Shown here piece by piece: positions 1 through 9,561 of a stretch of 41,950 nt of DNA. The position numbers were made by a program, and so were the translations under genes. The DNA is from Lysobacterales bacterium (GTDB taxonomy: Bacteria; Pseudomonadota; Gammaproteobacteria; Xanthomonadales; Ahniellaceae): NCBI GenBank assembly GCA_038249585.1, contig JBBSDI010000001.1, positions 1-41,950 of the forward strand. Direction: 5' to 3'. Numbering within the stretch: position 1 is the first letter of the stretch; every line of letters starts with the position of its first letter. The notes beneath the pieces were generated by a model that worked only from the letters and a program-made list of their open reading frames with translations, had not been told where the DNA came from and did not search any database.

Positions 1-2
1 CA

Positions 3-215
3 TTGGGTGGGTGGGCACTGAGCGGGCTCTTCGCGCTGTCGCTGGCCAGCGGTGCATTGTTTGCGCGATTCGTGCCGTGGCTGATGATTCGTCGCGGCTA
101 CCGCCCGGGCGCGCCGTCGAACTCCTCGATGGCGTTCATGTGGGCGGCCATCGTGCTCGGCGTGTGCGCGGGGGCGATCGGCTACGCCGTCGCCGCACGC
201 TGGTTCGCAGCCTGA
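3..215 (+). CDS. small hydrophobic membrane protein, possibly the 3-prime end of a gene that starts upstream of the window
   Basis: The frame is open from the window edge to TGA at 213-215. G/C dominates third codon positions. Two hydrophobic helices are visible (WALSGLFALSLASGALFARFVPWL and MAFMWAAIVLGVCAGAIGYAVAA). No recognisable family motif. Confidence 0.35.
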   Translation: MGGWALSGLFALSLASGALFARFVPWLMIRRGYRPGAPSNSSMAFMWAAIVLGVCAGAIGYAVAARWFAA

Positions 216-439
216 TCCGCGGCGCTGGCCGAAGTCAGGGTTGGCGCGCCGGCGGGAGTGCAAACAGACACACTTTTCTGGAGCCCCGAAGACTGCAACC
301 GATGATGGATGCATCCGAACCCCGAGTCGCTGTACGGATTCGAGCACCGGGCACCTGCCGCACTTCGATATCGGTCACGACAAACACCGCATGTCGAAGG
401 AATTCATTCAGATACGCATCGGCACGCCGATTGCTTTGG

Positions 440-2878
440 GTGCTGGAACCAGCGGACACGCCGATCAACGAATTCCGCATCGCTGTACGCAACCTGCAGC
501 GCCAGCCCGGGTTCCTGCTCACCACGGTGTTGAGCCTGGCGCTCGGCATCGGCCTGGTCGCGACCCAATACAGCCTGATCGACGGCGTGCTGCTGCGTCC
601 ACTGCCGTTTCCGGATGGCGAGCGCATCTGGCATGTGGCCCGTGCCCTGAACAATCTCGATCGCGGTTGGCGACCGGTGATGCTCGATGAGTTCGTGGCC
701 CAGCGCGAGCAGCAGGTTTCATTCGACAAGCTTGCCGCGTTCCGCGCCGGGTCCTACAACCTGGTCAGTGGCAGCGGCGCGCCGCAGCGGATGTGGGGAT
801 CAGCGGTGGACCAGGCATTCTTCGACCTGCTGGGTGTGCGTCCGCTGCTGGGTCGCAGTTTTCTCAGAGGCGAAGACAGCGCGGGCCAACCACTGCGGGC
901 GGTGATCGGCTTCGCGCTCTGGCGCGACGGGTTCGGCTCGGATCCTGCGGTGCTGGGCCGCAGCGTGCAGCTCAACGGCGAGAGCGCCGAGATCATCGGC
1001 GTGATGCCCGAGGGCTTTGTGTTTCCATCGACCGAGAGTGTGTGGGTGAACTTGCGACTGCCCGCGCCCGGTGCCGCGGTCGGGCCGGACAACAGCGTGG
1101 AAGGACTCGGGCTCCTCAAGTCCGGCGTCGCGGTCGACGCTGCAGGCACTGAGCTCGAGCTTGCCGCGCAGCGCTTTCGCGCAGCGCAAGGACTGCCTGT
1201 CGACGATGTTCCGCGCTTGCGGGTGCAGCGCATGCAGCGCGCCTACAACGGTGGCGCGACCCAGACCCTGTTCGGCGCGATGCTGGCGATGACCGTGTTC
1301 GTACTGCTGCTGGCGTGCATCAACGTGGCCAACCTGCTGTTCGTGCGCGGCGCAGACCGCGCGCGCGAGCTTGCCGTGCGCGCAGCGCTGGGTGCCGGGC
1401 GTGGCCGCATCGTGCGCCAGCTGCTGGTCGAAAGCCTGGTCATCGCGGCACTCGGCGCACTGGCCGGCATCGCGCTGGCGGCTGTCGGTGTGAGCTTGCT
1501 GCAGTCGCAGGTCAGCGCGCGCGTCGACGTGGCGGGCTGGATGTACTTCGATCTCAATCCGCGCGTGCTGGCTGTAGCGATAGGCGCTTCTGCGCTGGCC
1601 GGCGTGCTGGCGGGCGGGCTGCCCGCACTGCGCGCCGCGCGGATCGATCTCGCCCAGGTACTGCGCGCCGACGGTCGCGGCAGCGTCGGCGGCGGCCCCG
1701 GTCGCACGCGTGGCTGGCTGGCTGCCGGCCAGCTCGCGTTCGCCTGTACTGCATTGGTCATCGCCACCCTGCTCGCCACCAGCGTCGCGCGCACCGGCAA
1801 GCTGACCCTGGCCTACGATCCAGAATCGCTGCTGATCGGGCGGATCGAACTGCAGGGTCCGGCCTATGCCGACGCCGCCAGTCGCGGGCGCTTCTATGCG
1901 CAGTTGGTCGAGCGCGTGGCCGCGACCCCTGGCGTGGCCGCTGCCGCTGCCAGCAGTCGCGATCTGGTGCAACCCGGGGTGCTGTCGTCGCTGCGCATCG
2001 CGGGCGAGACCTATCCACGCGCGCAGGATATGCCCGAGGCCCAACTCGAAGTGGTCACTCGCGATTATTTCGCGGTGGTCGGCCAGCGCGCGATCGCCGG
2101 CCGCATGTTCGACACCCGCGACCGCGTCGACAGCGCGCCGGTGGCACTGGTGAACCAGAGCTTCGCGGCACGCCATTTCGACGGCCGCGACCCGCTCGGC
2201 ATGCGCATCCAGCGCGGCACGCCGGATGCGCCATGGGCGACGGTGATCGGCGTGGTGCCCGATCTGAACATGCAGGGCGTGGGCAACGGCGGCAGTGGTG
2301 CGGGCTGGTACCTGCTGCACGACCAGGTCGGCTGGGGCTGGATGGAGTTGCTGGTGCGCGCGACCGACGGCCACGCGGCCGCGCTCGGCGACGCGGTGCG
2401 AACCGCGGTTGCCGCGGTCGATTCCGAGCAGCCGGTGCACACCATCCGCACCTTGTCCGAGCGCGCCGATCGCGGCCTCGCGGGTCTGTCGATCATGAGC
2501 GGGATGGCGAGCGTGTTCGGCGCCGCCGCGCTGCTGCTGGCGGCCATCGGCGTGTTTGGCGTGGTCGCCTACGGCGCGCGCATGCGCGGCCGCGAGTTCG
2601 GGCTGCGCATCGCGCTGGGTGCCAGTCGCCGCGGCGTGATCGGCCTGCTGCTGCGGCAGAACGCCGCGGTGGCGCTGGCCGGCATCGCTACCGGCATCGG
2701 CGGCGGCTTCGTGCTCAGCCGTCCACTGGCGCCATTACTGCCGGCGGTTTCGGCGGATGACCCGTGGATCTATTGCGCGGTCGCCGCCGTGTTGGTCGCC
2801 ACTACCGCGTTGGCCTGCTGGCTGCCCGCGCGGCGCGCAGCGTCGGTCGATCCGCTGAGCGCTTTGCGTGGCGATTGA
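440..2878 (+). CDS. ADOP-family / MacB-like ABC transporter permease with duplicated FtsX domains
   Basis: The N-terminus FRIAVRNLQRQPGFLLTTVLSLALGIGLVATQYSLIDGVLLRPLPF is the typical ADOP/MacB start. Periplasmic MacB_PCD-like stretches each precede an FtsX 4-TM block, and the arrangement occurs twice (LAVRAALGAGRGRIVRQLLVESLVIAALG and LRIALGASRRGVIGLLLRQNAAVALAG). Length is about 812 aa. The start is uncertain: GTG 440 was chosen because it sits about 13 codons before the conserved N-terminal motif. The ORF is open back to 11, and ATG 302 is an alternative. Confidence 0.8.
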   Translation: MLEPADTPINEFRIAVRNLQRQPGFLLTTVLSLALGIGLVATQYSLIDGVLLRPLPFPDGERIWHVARALNNLDRGWRPVMLDEFVAQREQQVSFDKLAAFRAGSYNLVSGSGAPQRMWGSAVDQAFFDLLGVRPLLGRSFLRGEDSAGQPLRAVIGFALWRDGFGSDPAVLGRSVQLNGESAEIIGVMPEGFVFPSTESVWVNLRLPAPGAAVGPDNSVEGLGLLKSGVAVDAAGTELELAAQRFRAAQGLPVDDVPRLRVQRMQRAYNGGATQTLFGAMLAMTVFVLLLACINVANLLFVRGADRARELAVRAALGAGRGRIVRQLLVESLVIAALGALAGIALAAVGVSLLQSQVSARVDVAGWMYFDLNPRVLAVAIGASALAGVLAGGLPALRAARIDLAQVLRADGRGSVGGGPGRTRGWLAAGQLAFACTALVIATLLATSVARTGKLTLAYDPESLLIGRIELQGPAYADAASRGRFYAQLVERVAATPGVAAAAASSRDLVQPGVLSSLRIAGETYPRAQDMPEAQLEVVTRDYFAVVGQRAIAGRMFDTRDRVDSAPVALVNQSFAARHFDGRDPLGMRIQRGTPDAPWATVIGVVPDLNMQGVGNGGSGAGWYLLHDQVGWGWMELLVRATDGHAAALGDAVRTAVAAVDSEQPVHTIRTLSERADRGLAGLSIMSGMASVFGAAALLLAAIGVFGVVAYGARMRGREFGLRIALGASRRGVIGLLLRQNAAVALAGIATGIGGGFVLSRPLAPLLPAVSADDPWIYCAVAAVLVATTALACWLPARRAASVDPLSALRGD

Positions 2879-2885
2879 CCCCGGC

Positions 2886-2917
2886 GCCGCGGATTCGCGC
2901 GGCATCGGTCTTGTTTT
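2886..2917 (+). terminator. candidate intrinsic terminator downstream of the permease
   Basis: A GCCGCG-gattcg-CGCGGC hairpin (2886-2903) starts 8 nt after the stop. It is followed by atcggtCTTGTTTT. The stem is short and the T-tract is displaced, so this is weak. Confidence 0.3.
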
Positions 2918-3020
2918 GGGAGATGCCGTTGTCGGGGCCGTGAACCATGCACCGTGCGCGGCTGGATAACTGCCAACCGGCACACAACACCGGCGGGCGG
3001 TCGAATCCGACCATAACGAC

Positions 3021-4763
3021 ATGAACAGGCCCATCCGCGCTTTTCCCCACTTCTGCTTCCGCCTCGCCAGCATTGTGTGCATGGCTATCGGCCTGCTTGC
3101 CGTCATGCCTGCGCGCCCGGCCTTGGCCGCCATCAACACCGACCTCAGCTATGTCGATCCCGCCTCGGCGCGGTTCACGCGATTCAAGGCCTTCGTAGAC
3201 CAGGCGCTCAACGGCAGCCCAGGCTATGACTTCAAGGCCATCGACGCCGTGTACGCGTGGCGTATCACCAACAACGCCGCGTACTGCAATCTGGCCGTGA
3301 GCAAGGTCGAGGCACAGGTGGCAACCGCCGAGGCCGAAATCGCAGCAGGCCGCCGCCCGGCGGTGGCCGCCGACTCCTATCTGGAGGTCGGCGTGATGAT
3401 CCGCGACGTCGCGATCACCTATGACTGGTGTGCGGCGTTCACCACCGGCAGCCAGCGCACACGTTGGGCCGCATACGCCGAGCAGGCGATCTGGAACATC
3501 TGGAACTACCAGCAGGCGCGCTGGGGCAGCGTCACCTTCCCCTGGTCGGGCTGGTCGGTGAACGATCCGGGCAACAACTACCACTTCAGTTTTCTCGAAG
3601 CGACGATGTACTGGGCGCTGGCGTCCAACAGCGCGACGTGGCGCAATTTCATCGTCAACCAGAAGTTTCCAGCACTGCAGCAGTACTACGCCAACCTGCC
3701 GGGCGGCGGCTCGGGCGAAGGCACCGGCTACGGGCTGGCGCAGGGTCGTCTGTTCGAGATCTACAGGATCTGGCGCGACGCCACTGGCACCGATCTGTCG
3801 GCGAGCAACGTGCACCTCGACGATTCGCTCGACTACTGGATTCACGCCACCGTGCCGACGCTCGACCGGGTCGCACCGATCGGCGACCAGTCGCGGGTGT
3901 CGTACCCGCAGCTGTGGGACTACCACCGCAACGTGCAGCTGCAGGCGCATGCGATGGGGCACGACAGCGCAGGTCGCGCGCGAGCCCAGTGGTGGCTGTC
4001 GTCGATTTCGATTCCGCAGATGACCAGCGGGTTCAACTTCCGTAACGATCTGCTCTCGCCAGCCATCGGCGGCGCCCCGCCAACCGTGCTGCACCACCAC
4101 GCCACCGGACCGGGACATCTGTTTGCGCGCAGCGACTGGAGCAGCAGCGCGATGTGGCTGTCGTTCGTGGCCGGCCGCTACAACCAGTCGCATGCGCACA
4201 AGGACCAAGGCGCCTTCAGCCTGTTCCAGGGCGATTTTCTGGCAGTCACCGAAAACGTCTTCAGCCGCAGCGGCATCCAGCAGGGCTCGGACGTGCACAA
4301 CGTGGTGCGCTTCGTATCCGGCGGGCAGCCCGTACTGCAGCGCGAGGGAACCACATCCACGATGGTCGTCACCCAGGGTGCCGGTGGCGCGATCGAAGTG
4401 GACGCCAACCTGACGCCGTCGTTTGCCGGCAATGCTGCGGTCACCAACTGGCGGCGTCAGCTGTCATTCGCCAATCGCGCGCTGCGGGTGCGCGACACCT
4501 TCGTCAAGGGCGCCGGCGTTGAGGCCATGTTCCAGGTCAACACGCCCGTGATCCCGGTGGTCAGCGGCCGCAGCGCGCGCGCCGGCAACCTCACCATCAC
4601 GGTAGTCAGTCCTGCCGATGCGACGCTCAGCGTGCTGGAGTGGCGCGGCGTGGACCCAGCCGAGTTCACCCGCGGCTACCGTCTCGACGTGCGCGGCAGC
4701 GGCGCCGAATTCGTGGTCGATTTCAGCACCGGCGACAGCGTGTTCGGCAACAGCTTCGAGTGA
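3021..4763 (+). CDS. secreted heparinase II/III-like (alginate-lyase-fold) polysaccharide lyase family protein
   Basis: Sec signal peptide (MNRPIRAFPHFCFRLASIVCMAIGLLAVMPARPALA|AI). It shares the ITYDW and NDPGNNYH motifs with the paralogue at 27461-29740. The C-terminal block YNQSHAHKDQGAFSLFQGDFLAV is typical of the heparinase II/III domain. Confidence 0.8.
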   Translation: MNRPIRAFPHFCFRLASIVCMAIGLLAVMPARPALAAINTDLSYVDPASARFTRFKAFVDQALNGSPGYDFKAIDAVYAWRITNNAAYCNLAVSKVEAQVATAEAEIAAGRRPAVAADSYLEVGVMIRDVAITYDWCAAFTTGSQRTRWAAYAEQAIWNIWNYQQARWGSVTFPWSGWSVNDPGNNYHFSFLEATMYWALASNSATWRNFIVNQKFPALQQYYANLPGGGSGEGTGYGLAQGRLFEIYRIWRDATGTDLSASNVHLDDSLDYWIHATVPTLDRVAPIGDQSRVSYPQLWDYHRNVQLQAHAMGHDSAGRARAQWWLSSISIPQMTSGFNFRNDLLSPAIGGAPPTVLHHHATGPGHLFARSDWSSSAMWLSFVAGRYNQSHAHKDQGAFSLFQGDFLAVTENVFSRSGIQQGSDVHNVVRFVSGGQPVLQREGTTSTMVVTQGAGGAIEVDANLTPSFAGNAAVTNWRRQLSFANRALRVRDTFVKGAGVEAMFQVNTPVIPVVSGRSARAGNLTITVVSPADATLSVLEWRGVDPAEFTRGYRLDVRGSGAEFVVDFSTGDSVFGNSFE

Positions 4764-4805
4764 TCGGCTGCGACGGATCCGCGGCTGGCGAGCTGGTGCA
4801 AACGA

Positions 4806-5918
4806 TCAGCTGCGCGTGGAGCGCGGCCGGTTACCGAACAGCTCCGGCATCGCCAGCTGTGCGGCGAACATCGCGGCACTGGTATCGCGCTCGACCGCGA
4901 TCCGACGCAGCGCGTACCAGTCGGCGCTGGCCAGCGGATTGACGCCCGCAATGTAGCTGCACGCGATGCGATAACCCAGCGTGCGGGCGATATCGATCAC
5001 GCGCGCATCATAGGCATCGCTACCGCCGACCGGATAGGCCAAGGCAAGCGGTGCGGCGCCGAGCTCGTGCGCGATGCGGTCGCGGGAGGTCGCCAGTTCG
5101 TACTCGATCCCAGACGCATCGAGCTTGGCCAGCATCCGATGATGCACGCCGTGCGATCCGACCTCCATGCCGGCCGCGTGCAGCGCGCGCACCTGGTCCC
5201 ACGACATCGGGCGGCAGTTGACCGATGCGCGCGCTGGCCCGACACCACAATCCGACTCGATCGCGACGATAGCTTCCTGTTGCGCGCGACCATCGAGCGC
5301 CTTGAGCCGGTCCAGGACCGTGGCAACCACCGCGCGGCGCGAAGCGCGCGATTCGCCCAGTTCGAGGCTCAGCTCCTGCTTGTGCAGTTGCAGGCGCCCG
5401 ACCGCTGCGCTGAGGATCGCATGCGCAACCCAATCGAATGCGTACGGCAAACCGCTGTCGATGTGCCCGGTGGAGACAAAGAACGTGGCCGGCACGCCCA
5501 ACTCGCGCAGGATCGGCAGGGCCACGTCGTGGTTGTCGTCGTAGCCATCGTCGAAAGTCACGATCACCGCATTGCGCGGCGGTTCATGGCCTGCGTCGCG
5601 CAAGGCCAGCACGTCGCGGAAGCGCAACGGCCTGTAGCGGTCGCGCAGGTGACGCATCTGCGCACGAAAGCCCTCGGCATCGGCGCTCAGCAATTCGACG
5701 TCGAAATCGAAATGTTCGGCATCGATGCGCGGGGCGATGCGGTGATAGGCCAGGATGCGCAGGTCGTGGCGGAAACCGGCGCGCACGCGGCGCAGCAGCG
5801 GCAGCACTCGCCAGCGGTCGCACAGCGCTGCAAGGCGCTCCCGGCGACCGGGCGTGGACTGCCGTTGCGCGCCGGCACCGGCGCTGCGGGTGTCAAACAA
5901 TGTGGCGGACCGATCCAT
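4806..5918 (-). CDS. polysaccharide deacetylase (CE4/NodB-homology) family protein
   Basis: AVIVTFDDGYDDNHDVALPILRELGVPATFFVSTG (Asp-Asp metal/catalytic motif) plus GMEVGSHGVHH (His-His motif). ATG at 5918 is preceded by GGGGAGAG. The long upstream extension of the ORF (to 6401) is Arg/Pro-rich and was discarded. Confidence 0.85.
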   Translation of the reverse strand: MDRSATLFDTRSAGAGAQRQSTPGRRERLAALCDRWRVLPLLRRVRAGFRHDLRILAYHRIAPRIDAEHFDFDVELLSADAEGFRAQMRHLRDRYRPLRFRDVLALRDAGHEPPRNAVIVTFDDGYDDNHDVALPILRELGVPATFFVSTGHIDSGLPYAFDWVAHAILSAAVGRLQLHKQELSLELGESRASRRAVVATVLDRLKALDGRAQQEAIVAIESDCGVGPARASVNCRPMSWDQVRALHAAGMEVGSHGVHHRMLAKLDASGIEYELATSRDRIAHELGAAPLALAYPVGGSDAYDARVIDIARTLGYRIACSYIAGVNPLASADWYALRRIAVERDTSAAMFAAQLAMPELFGNRPRSTRS

Positions 5919-5923
5919 GCTCT

Positions 5924-5949
5924 CCCCAGCACTTCGCCCCAGCACTTCG
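5924..5949. repeat. perfect tandem duplication of the 13-nt unit CCCCAGCACTTCG
   Basis: Read directly: 5924-5936 and 5937-5949 are identical. The repeat lies 5 nt upstream of the deacetylase ATG (minus strand), in the divergent intergenic region 5919-6111. Confidence 0.9.
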
Positions 5950-6111
5950 CTCCGGCGCGCAGCAGTCTCGAAAACCGTGCTGGTGCGGGCAACCGTTTTG
6001 GCCCGCTCACGGGTTGACGCTGCGAGGCCGAGTGTGGGGCAATAGTGGCATATCCCGCCTCCACTCCATGAGGGCGGGCGGGTTTCGCCATCAGGGAGCG
6101 TCCACAACGGC

Positions 6112-7059
6112 ATGGCGATCGCAAACCGCCTCTGGCGCCACTGGCGCATCAAAGGCCTGGTGCAGGGGGCGCTTGGTCGCTTGCCCGGCGGTGTCGGGCT
6201 GAACAGCACCTTGCAGCGCAAGCTTGGTGAACTGCGCAATCCGCAGGCCAACTTTGATGCCAAGGTGGGCGACTGGCAGGGTCTGATGGGACTACTGCAG
6301 ACGGCCGGTCGAGCCTCGGTGGAGGGACTGACCCTGGTCGAGGTCGGTACCGGCTGGTACCCGACCAATCCGCTGCTGTTCGCGCTGGCCGGTGCGCGCA
6401 CCTGTCACACCTACGACATCGTGCGCCACCTCGATGCGGCGATGTGCGAGCGCCTGCTGGCGCACCTGGAGTCGAAGCTGCCACTGGTGTGCGCGCTATC
6501 GGGGCGCGCAGCCGACGCGGTCGATGCGCACTACCGCCGGATGCGCGCCGCGCGCGGCATACACGCGCTGTTGCGAGCCGCAGGCATCGTCTACCACGCG
6601 CCGGGCGATGCCAGCGCCACCGGTCTGGCGGAAGGCTCGGTCGACCTGGTGTTCTCCAACAGCGTGCTCGAGCACGTGGAGCCTGTGCTGCTGCCGAGCC
6701 TGATGGGCGAGTCGCGACGCCTGATCGGCAGTCGCGGCGTGGTCCTGCATGCAGTGGCGTGCAACGACCACTACGCGCACTTCGACCGCGCGATCTCGTT
6801 CGTCAACTACCTGCGTTACGACGATCAGGCGTGGTCGCGCTGGAACAACCCGCTGAACTACCAGAACCGCCTGCGAGCACCGGACTTCATCGACGCCGCG
6901 CGCGCTGCCGGGCTCGAGATCGTGCATGAGGCGCGCGCGGTGCGCGCCGGCACGCTCGAGGCCCTGGCCGGAATGCGCGTGGCGCAGCGCTTCGCCCACT
7001 ATGCGCCGGATGATCTGGCGGCGACCACGGTCAACTTCGTCGCGCACACGCCTGCCTGA
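6112..7059 (+). CDS. class I SAM-dependent methyltransferase
   Basis: Motif I-like LVEVGTGWYP and the type-11 methyltransferase block VDLVFSNSVLEHV. High GC3. Confidence 0.75.
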   Translation: MAIANRLWRHWRIKGLVQGALGRLPGGVGLNSTLQRKLGELRNPQANFDAKVGDWQGLMGLLQTAGRASVEGLTLVEVGTGWYPTNPLLFALAGARTCHTYDIVRHLDAAMCERLLAHLESKLPLVCALSGRAADAVDAHYRRMRAARGIHALLRAAGIVYHAPGDASATGLAEGSVDLVFSNSVLEHVEPVLLPSLMGESRRLIGSRGVVLHAVACNDHYAHFDRAISFVNYLRYDDQAWSRWNNPLNYQNRLRAPDFIDAARAAGLEIVHEARAVRAGTLEALAGMRVAQRFAHYAPDDLAATTVNFVAHTPA

Positions 7060-7087
7060 GCCCGCAGCGCACGCTGCGCGGACGACC

Positions 7088-8209
7088 TCAGGGACGCGAT
7101 CGGGTGTAGTGGTTCAGGTAACACCGCGCCATTGCCGCCAGCGAGCCGTGCGCCTCGACCCAGGCGCGCCCCGCGGCGCCCATGGCCGCCGCGCGCGCCG
7201 GATCGTCCAGCAGTGAACCCAGCGCGGTCGCCAGCGCAGCCGGATCGCCCGCCGGAACCAGCCGGCCATTGATCCGGTCGGCGACGATCTCGCAGTTGCC
7301 GCCAACATTGGTGGCCACGATCGGAAGACCCGCGGCACAGGCTTCCAGCAGGGCGATCGAATAGCCCTCGGTGCGCGAGGACATGGCGTAGACGTCGAAG
7401 CCGCGCAGCAGGCGCGGCACGTCGCTGCGGTCGCCGAGGGCGAGCACGCGCGCAGCCACGCCGGCGTCGCGCGCGGCGGCCTCGAAGGCAGCGCGCAGCG
7501 CACCATCGCCGACCCACGCCAGCGCGGTGTCGGGCCGGGCGGCGTGCAGGATGCGGAAGGCCTCGACCATGCCCGCCGGGTCCTTGGCCCAGTTCAGGCG
7601 ACCCACCGCGCCGACGATGCGGGTGCCCGGCGGCAGGCCCAGTTCGGCCGCCAGCGCGGCGCGCGCGCGCGCGCCGCCAGGCACGAATGCGTCGAGGCGG
7701 ATACCGTTGGGCACCGCGACCAGCTTCGCCGCCGGCACCAGTCCGGCGGCGGCGACCTGGGCGCGCGCGGCCTCGCACACGGTGGCGACCACATCGGTGC
7801 GCGTCAGCGCACGGCGGAACAGCCACTCGCGGCGACCCCCGGCCTGCTGCACGCCCATGCCGTGGCGGGTGTTGACCGTGCAGCGAGGGCGCTGGCCGAG
7901 CGCGGCCAGCACACCATGGTAGTGCGCAACGGCGTTGTGGGTATGCAGCACTTCGGGGTGCTGCGCGCGCAGCACCCCGCGCAGCCGGCCGATCGCAGCG
8001 ACATCCAGCCCGGCACGCTTGCCGCATGCATGGACTGGCACGCCCGCGGCCTCCAGCTCGCCGGCCAGCGACCCGCGCTCGAACAGGCAGGCCACCTGCA
8101 CCGCGCAACCGCTCTCATGCTGCGCGCGCGCGAGGTCGATCACCACCCGCTCGAGCCCGCCGCGGTTGAGATTCTCGACCACGTGGGTGATGCGCAGGCC
8201 CGCGATCAT
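7088..8209 (-). CDS. GT4-family (GT-B) glycosyltransferase, resembling the PEP-CTERM/EpsH1-associated sugar transferases
   Basis: N-terminus LRITHVVENLNRGGLERVVIDLA. EX7E-type C-terminal motif SSRTEGYSIALLEACAAGLPIVATNVGGNCEIV. ATGA start/stop overlap with the upstream gene at 8206-8209. Confidence 0.9.
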   Translation of the reverse strand: MIAGLRITHVVENLNRGGLERVVIDLARAQHESGCAVQVACLFERGSLAGELEAAGVPVHACGKRAGLDVAAIGRLRGVLRAQHPEVLHTHNAVAHYHGVLAALGQRPRCTVNTRHGMGVQQAGGRREWLFRRALTRTDVVATVCEAARAQVAAAGLVPAAKLVAVPNGIRLDAFVPGGARARAALAAELGLPPGTRIVGAVGRLNWAKDPAGMVEAFRILHAARPDTALAWVGDGALRAAFEAAARDAGVAARVLALGDRSDVPRLLRGFDVYAMSSRTEGYSIALLEACAAGLPIVATNVGGNCEIVADRINGRLVPAGDPAALATALGSLLDDPARAAAMGAAGRAWVEAHGSLAAMARCYLNHYTRSRP

Positions 8210-9561
8210 CCGAGGTCCGACATCGTCACGCGCACCTTGCCGGACGGCCCCAGCGGCAGTTCATCGACCAGCACGAAGTGGATCGCCATCGCCTCGCCAA
8301 ACACCCGCGCGATCTGCTCGCGGGCGCGCTGCTCGCCGGCCGTACCCCAGCCAGCGTCGACCACCAGACTGATCTCGAGGCGGTCGGCCGCACGCTGGTT
8401 CACGCGGAATCCGAGCACGCCCGGAGTATCGTTGAACACGAACGGGATGAACTCGCCTGGCACCACGCGGCCGTCGGGCGTGCGCAGGGCGTCGAGGGTG
8501 CGCCCGACCACCTTGGCCAGCCGCGTCAGCCCGCGCCCGCAGGTGCATGAGCCTTCGGCCGGCACCGCGGTGTCGCCGTTGAGATAGCGCACGAAGGGCA
8601 TGCCCAGGTTGTGCAGGTCGGTAATCGCCAGTTGGCCGATCTCGCTGCCGTCGGTGACCGGCTGACGGTCGACGACCTCGACCACCAGGTGATCGGCGTT
8701 GGTGTGCAGGCCGTCCTGCGCCTCGCACTCCGAGGCGACCAGCATGAACTCGCGGCATCCATAGGTGTTGTAGGCCTTGCAGCCGAAGGCGCGCTCGATC
8801 AGCTCGCGCTGGAAGCCGTGCATGGCCTCGGCTGCGCCAAGGATCGATTGCGGTGCGTGCACGCGGCGCTTGTTGTCGATGAGCCACTGCGCCAACCGCA
8901 CGATGGGATTGACGTAGCCGACGATGACCTCCGGCCGATAGCGGTCGATCTGATCGGCATACACCGTCATGTTGGCGTCGGCCATCAGGTAAGTGTTGAG
9001 CATGCGGCGGTTGAAGGCGCTGTGGTAGAGGCGGTCCTTGAGTTTGTGCGCGGTGATCCCGCCATCGACCGGCGCGCCCCACAGGTAGAGCGTGCGCCGA
9101 CCCATGCGCGAGCCGGCCCAGCGATAGCCGCGCCACATCACCGCGATGCGCCGCTCGAAGCTCTCGCGCGTATAGCCGAGCTTGAGCGGCTCGCCGGTCG
9201 AGCCGCTGGTCGATTTGTACAGCATGCTGCCGCGCCGGCTGCGCGCGTGCATGTCGTCGTAGTGAGCGCGGATGTCGGCCTTGGTCAGCAGCGGCAGGCG
9301 CGCGAAGTCGTTCAGACTGCGGATGTCATCGGGGCAGGCGCCGACAGCCGACCATGCGCGCCGATAGTACGGGACCTCGTCCCAACAGTGGCGCAGCAGG
9401 CGGCTGAGCTTGTCCCACTGCAGGGCCGCAATCTGCTCAGGGCTCAGCCACTGATTGCGCTCGTACTCGGCCAGATAGCGCAGGGTCTCGCGCCGCCGCA
9501 ACCCGCGCTCGTAGAACGGGAACAGCACTCGGCGGAAAACGGCTTCGTACGCCGAGCTCAC
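8206..9561 (-). CDS. phenylacetate-CoA-ligase-like (PaaK/CapK family) adenylate-forming enzyme
   Basis: LAEYERNQWLSPEQIAALQWDKLSRLLRHCWDEVPYYRRAW is the typical PaaK/CapK N-terminus. The adenylation motif YKSTSGSTGEPLK is present. GTG start at 9561 overlaps the flippase stop (GTGA). No in-frame ATG exists further upstream short of a heavy overlap. Confidence 0.85.
   Translation of the reverse strand: MSSAYEAVFRRVLFPFYERGLRRRETLRYLAEYERNQWLSPEQIAALQWDKLSRLLRHCWDEVPYYRRAWSAVGACPDDIRSLNDFARLPLLTKADIRAHYDDMHARSRRGSMLYKSTSGSTGEPLKLGYTRESFERRIAVMWRGYRWAGSRMGRRTLYLWGAPVDGGITAHKLKDRLYHSAFNRRMLNTYLMADANMTVYADQIDRYRPEVIVGYVNPIVRLAQWLIDNKRRVHAPQSILGAAEAMHGFQRELIERAFGCKAYNTYGCREFMLVASECEAQDGLHTNADHLVVEVVDRQPVTDGSEIGQLAITDLHNLGMPFVRYLNGDTAVPAEGSCTCGRGLTRLAKVVGRTLDALRTPDGRVVPGEFIPFVFNDTPGVLGFRVNQRAADRLEISLVVDAGWGTAGEQRAREQIARVFGEAMAIHFVLVDELPLGPSGKVRVTMSDLG

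Noticed and set aside
11-439. N-terminal extension of the permease ORF (open from 11, ATG at 302).
   Set aside because: The extension (…RARRVRGGDRLRRRRTLVRS…) is Arg-rich with no hydrophobic or conserved features, and it overlaps the small membrane ORF ending at 215. The conserved ADOP N-terminal motif begins just after GTG 440. The exact start remains unproven.
800-2440. 546-aa ORF antisense to the ADOP permease. Similar long antisense or off-frame ORFs include 2802-4298(-), 1315-2760(+), 6999-8108(-), 15219-16373(-), 17352-18560(-), 18882-19982(-), 20402-21514(-), 26167-27579(-), 31542-32843(+) and 33705-34949(-).
   Set aside because: Their translations are Arg/Ala/Gly/Pro/His-rich low-complexity strings with no motifs. 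They lie opposite or out of frame with ORFs that carry clear family signatures. Long spurious open frames are expected at this G+C content.
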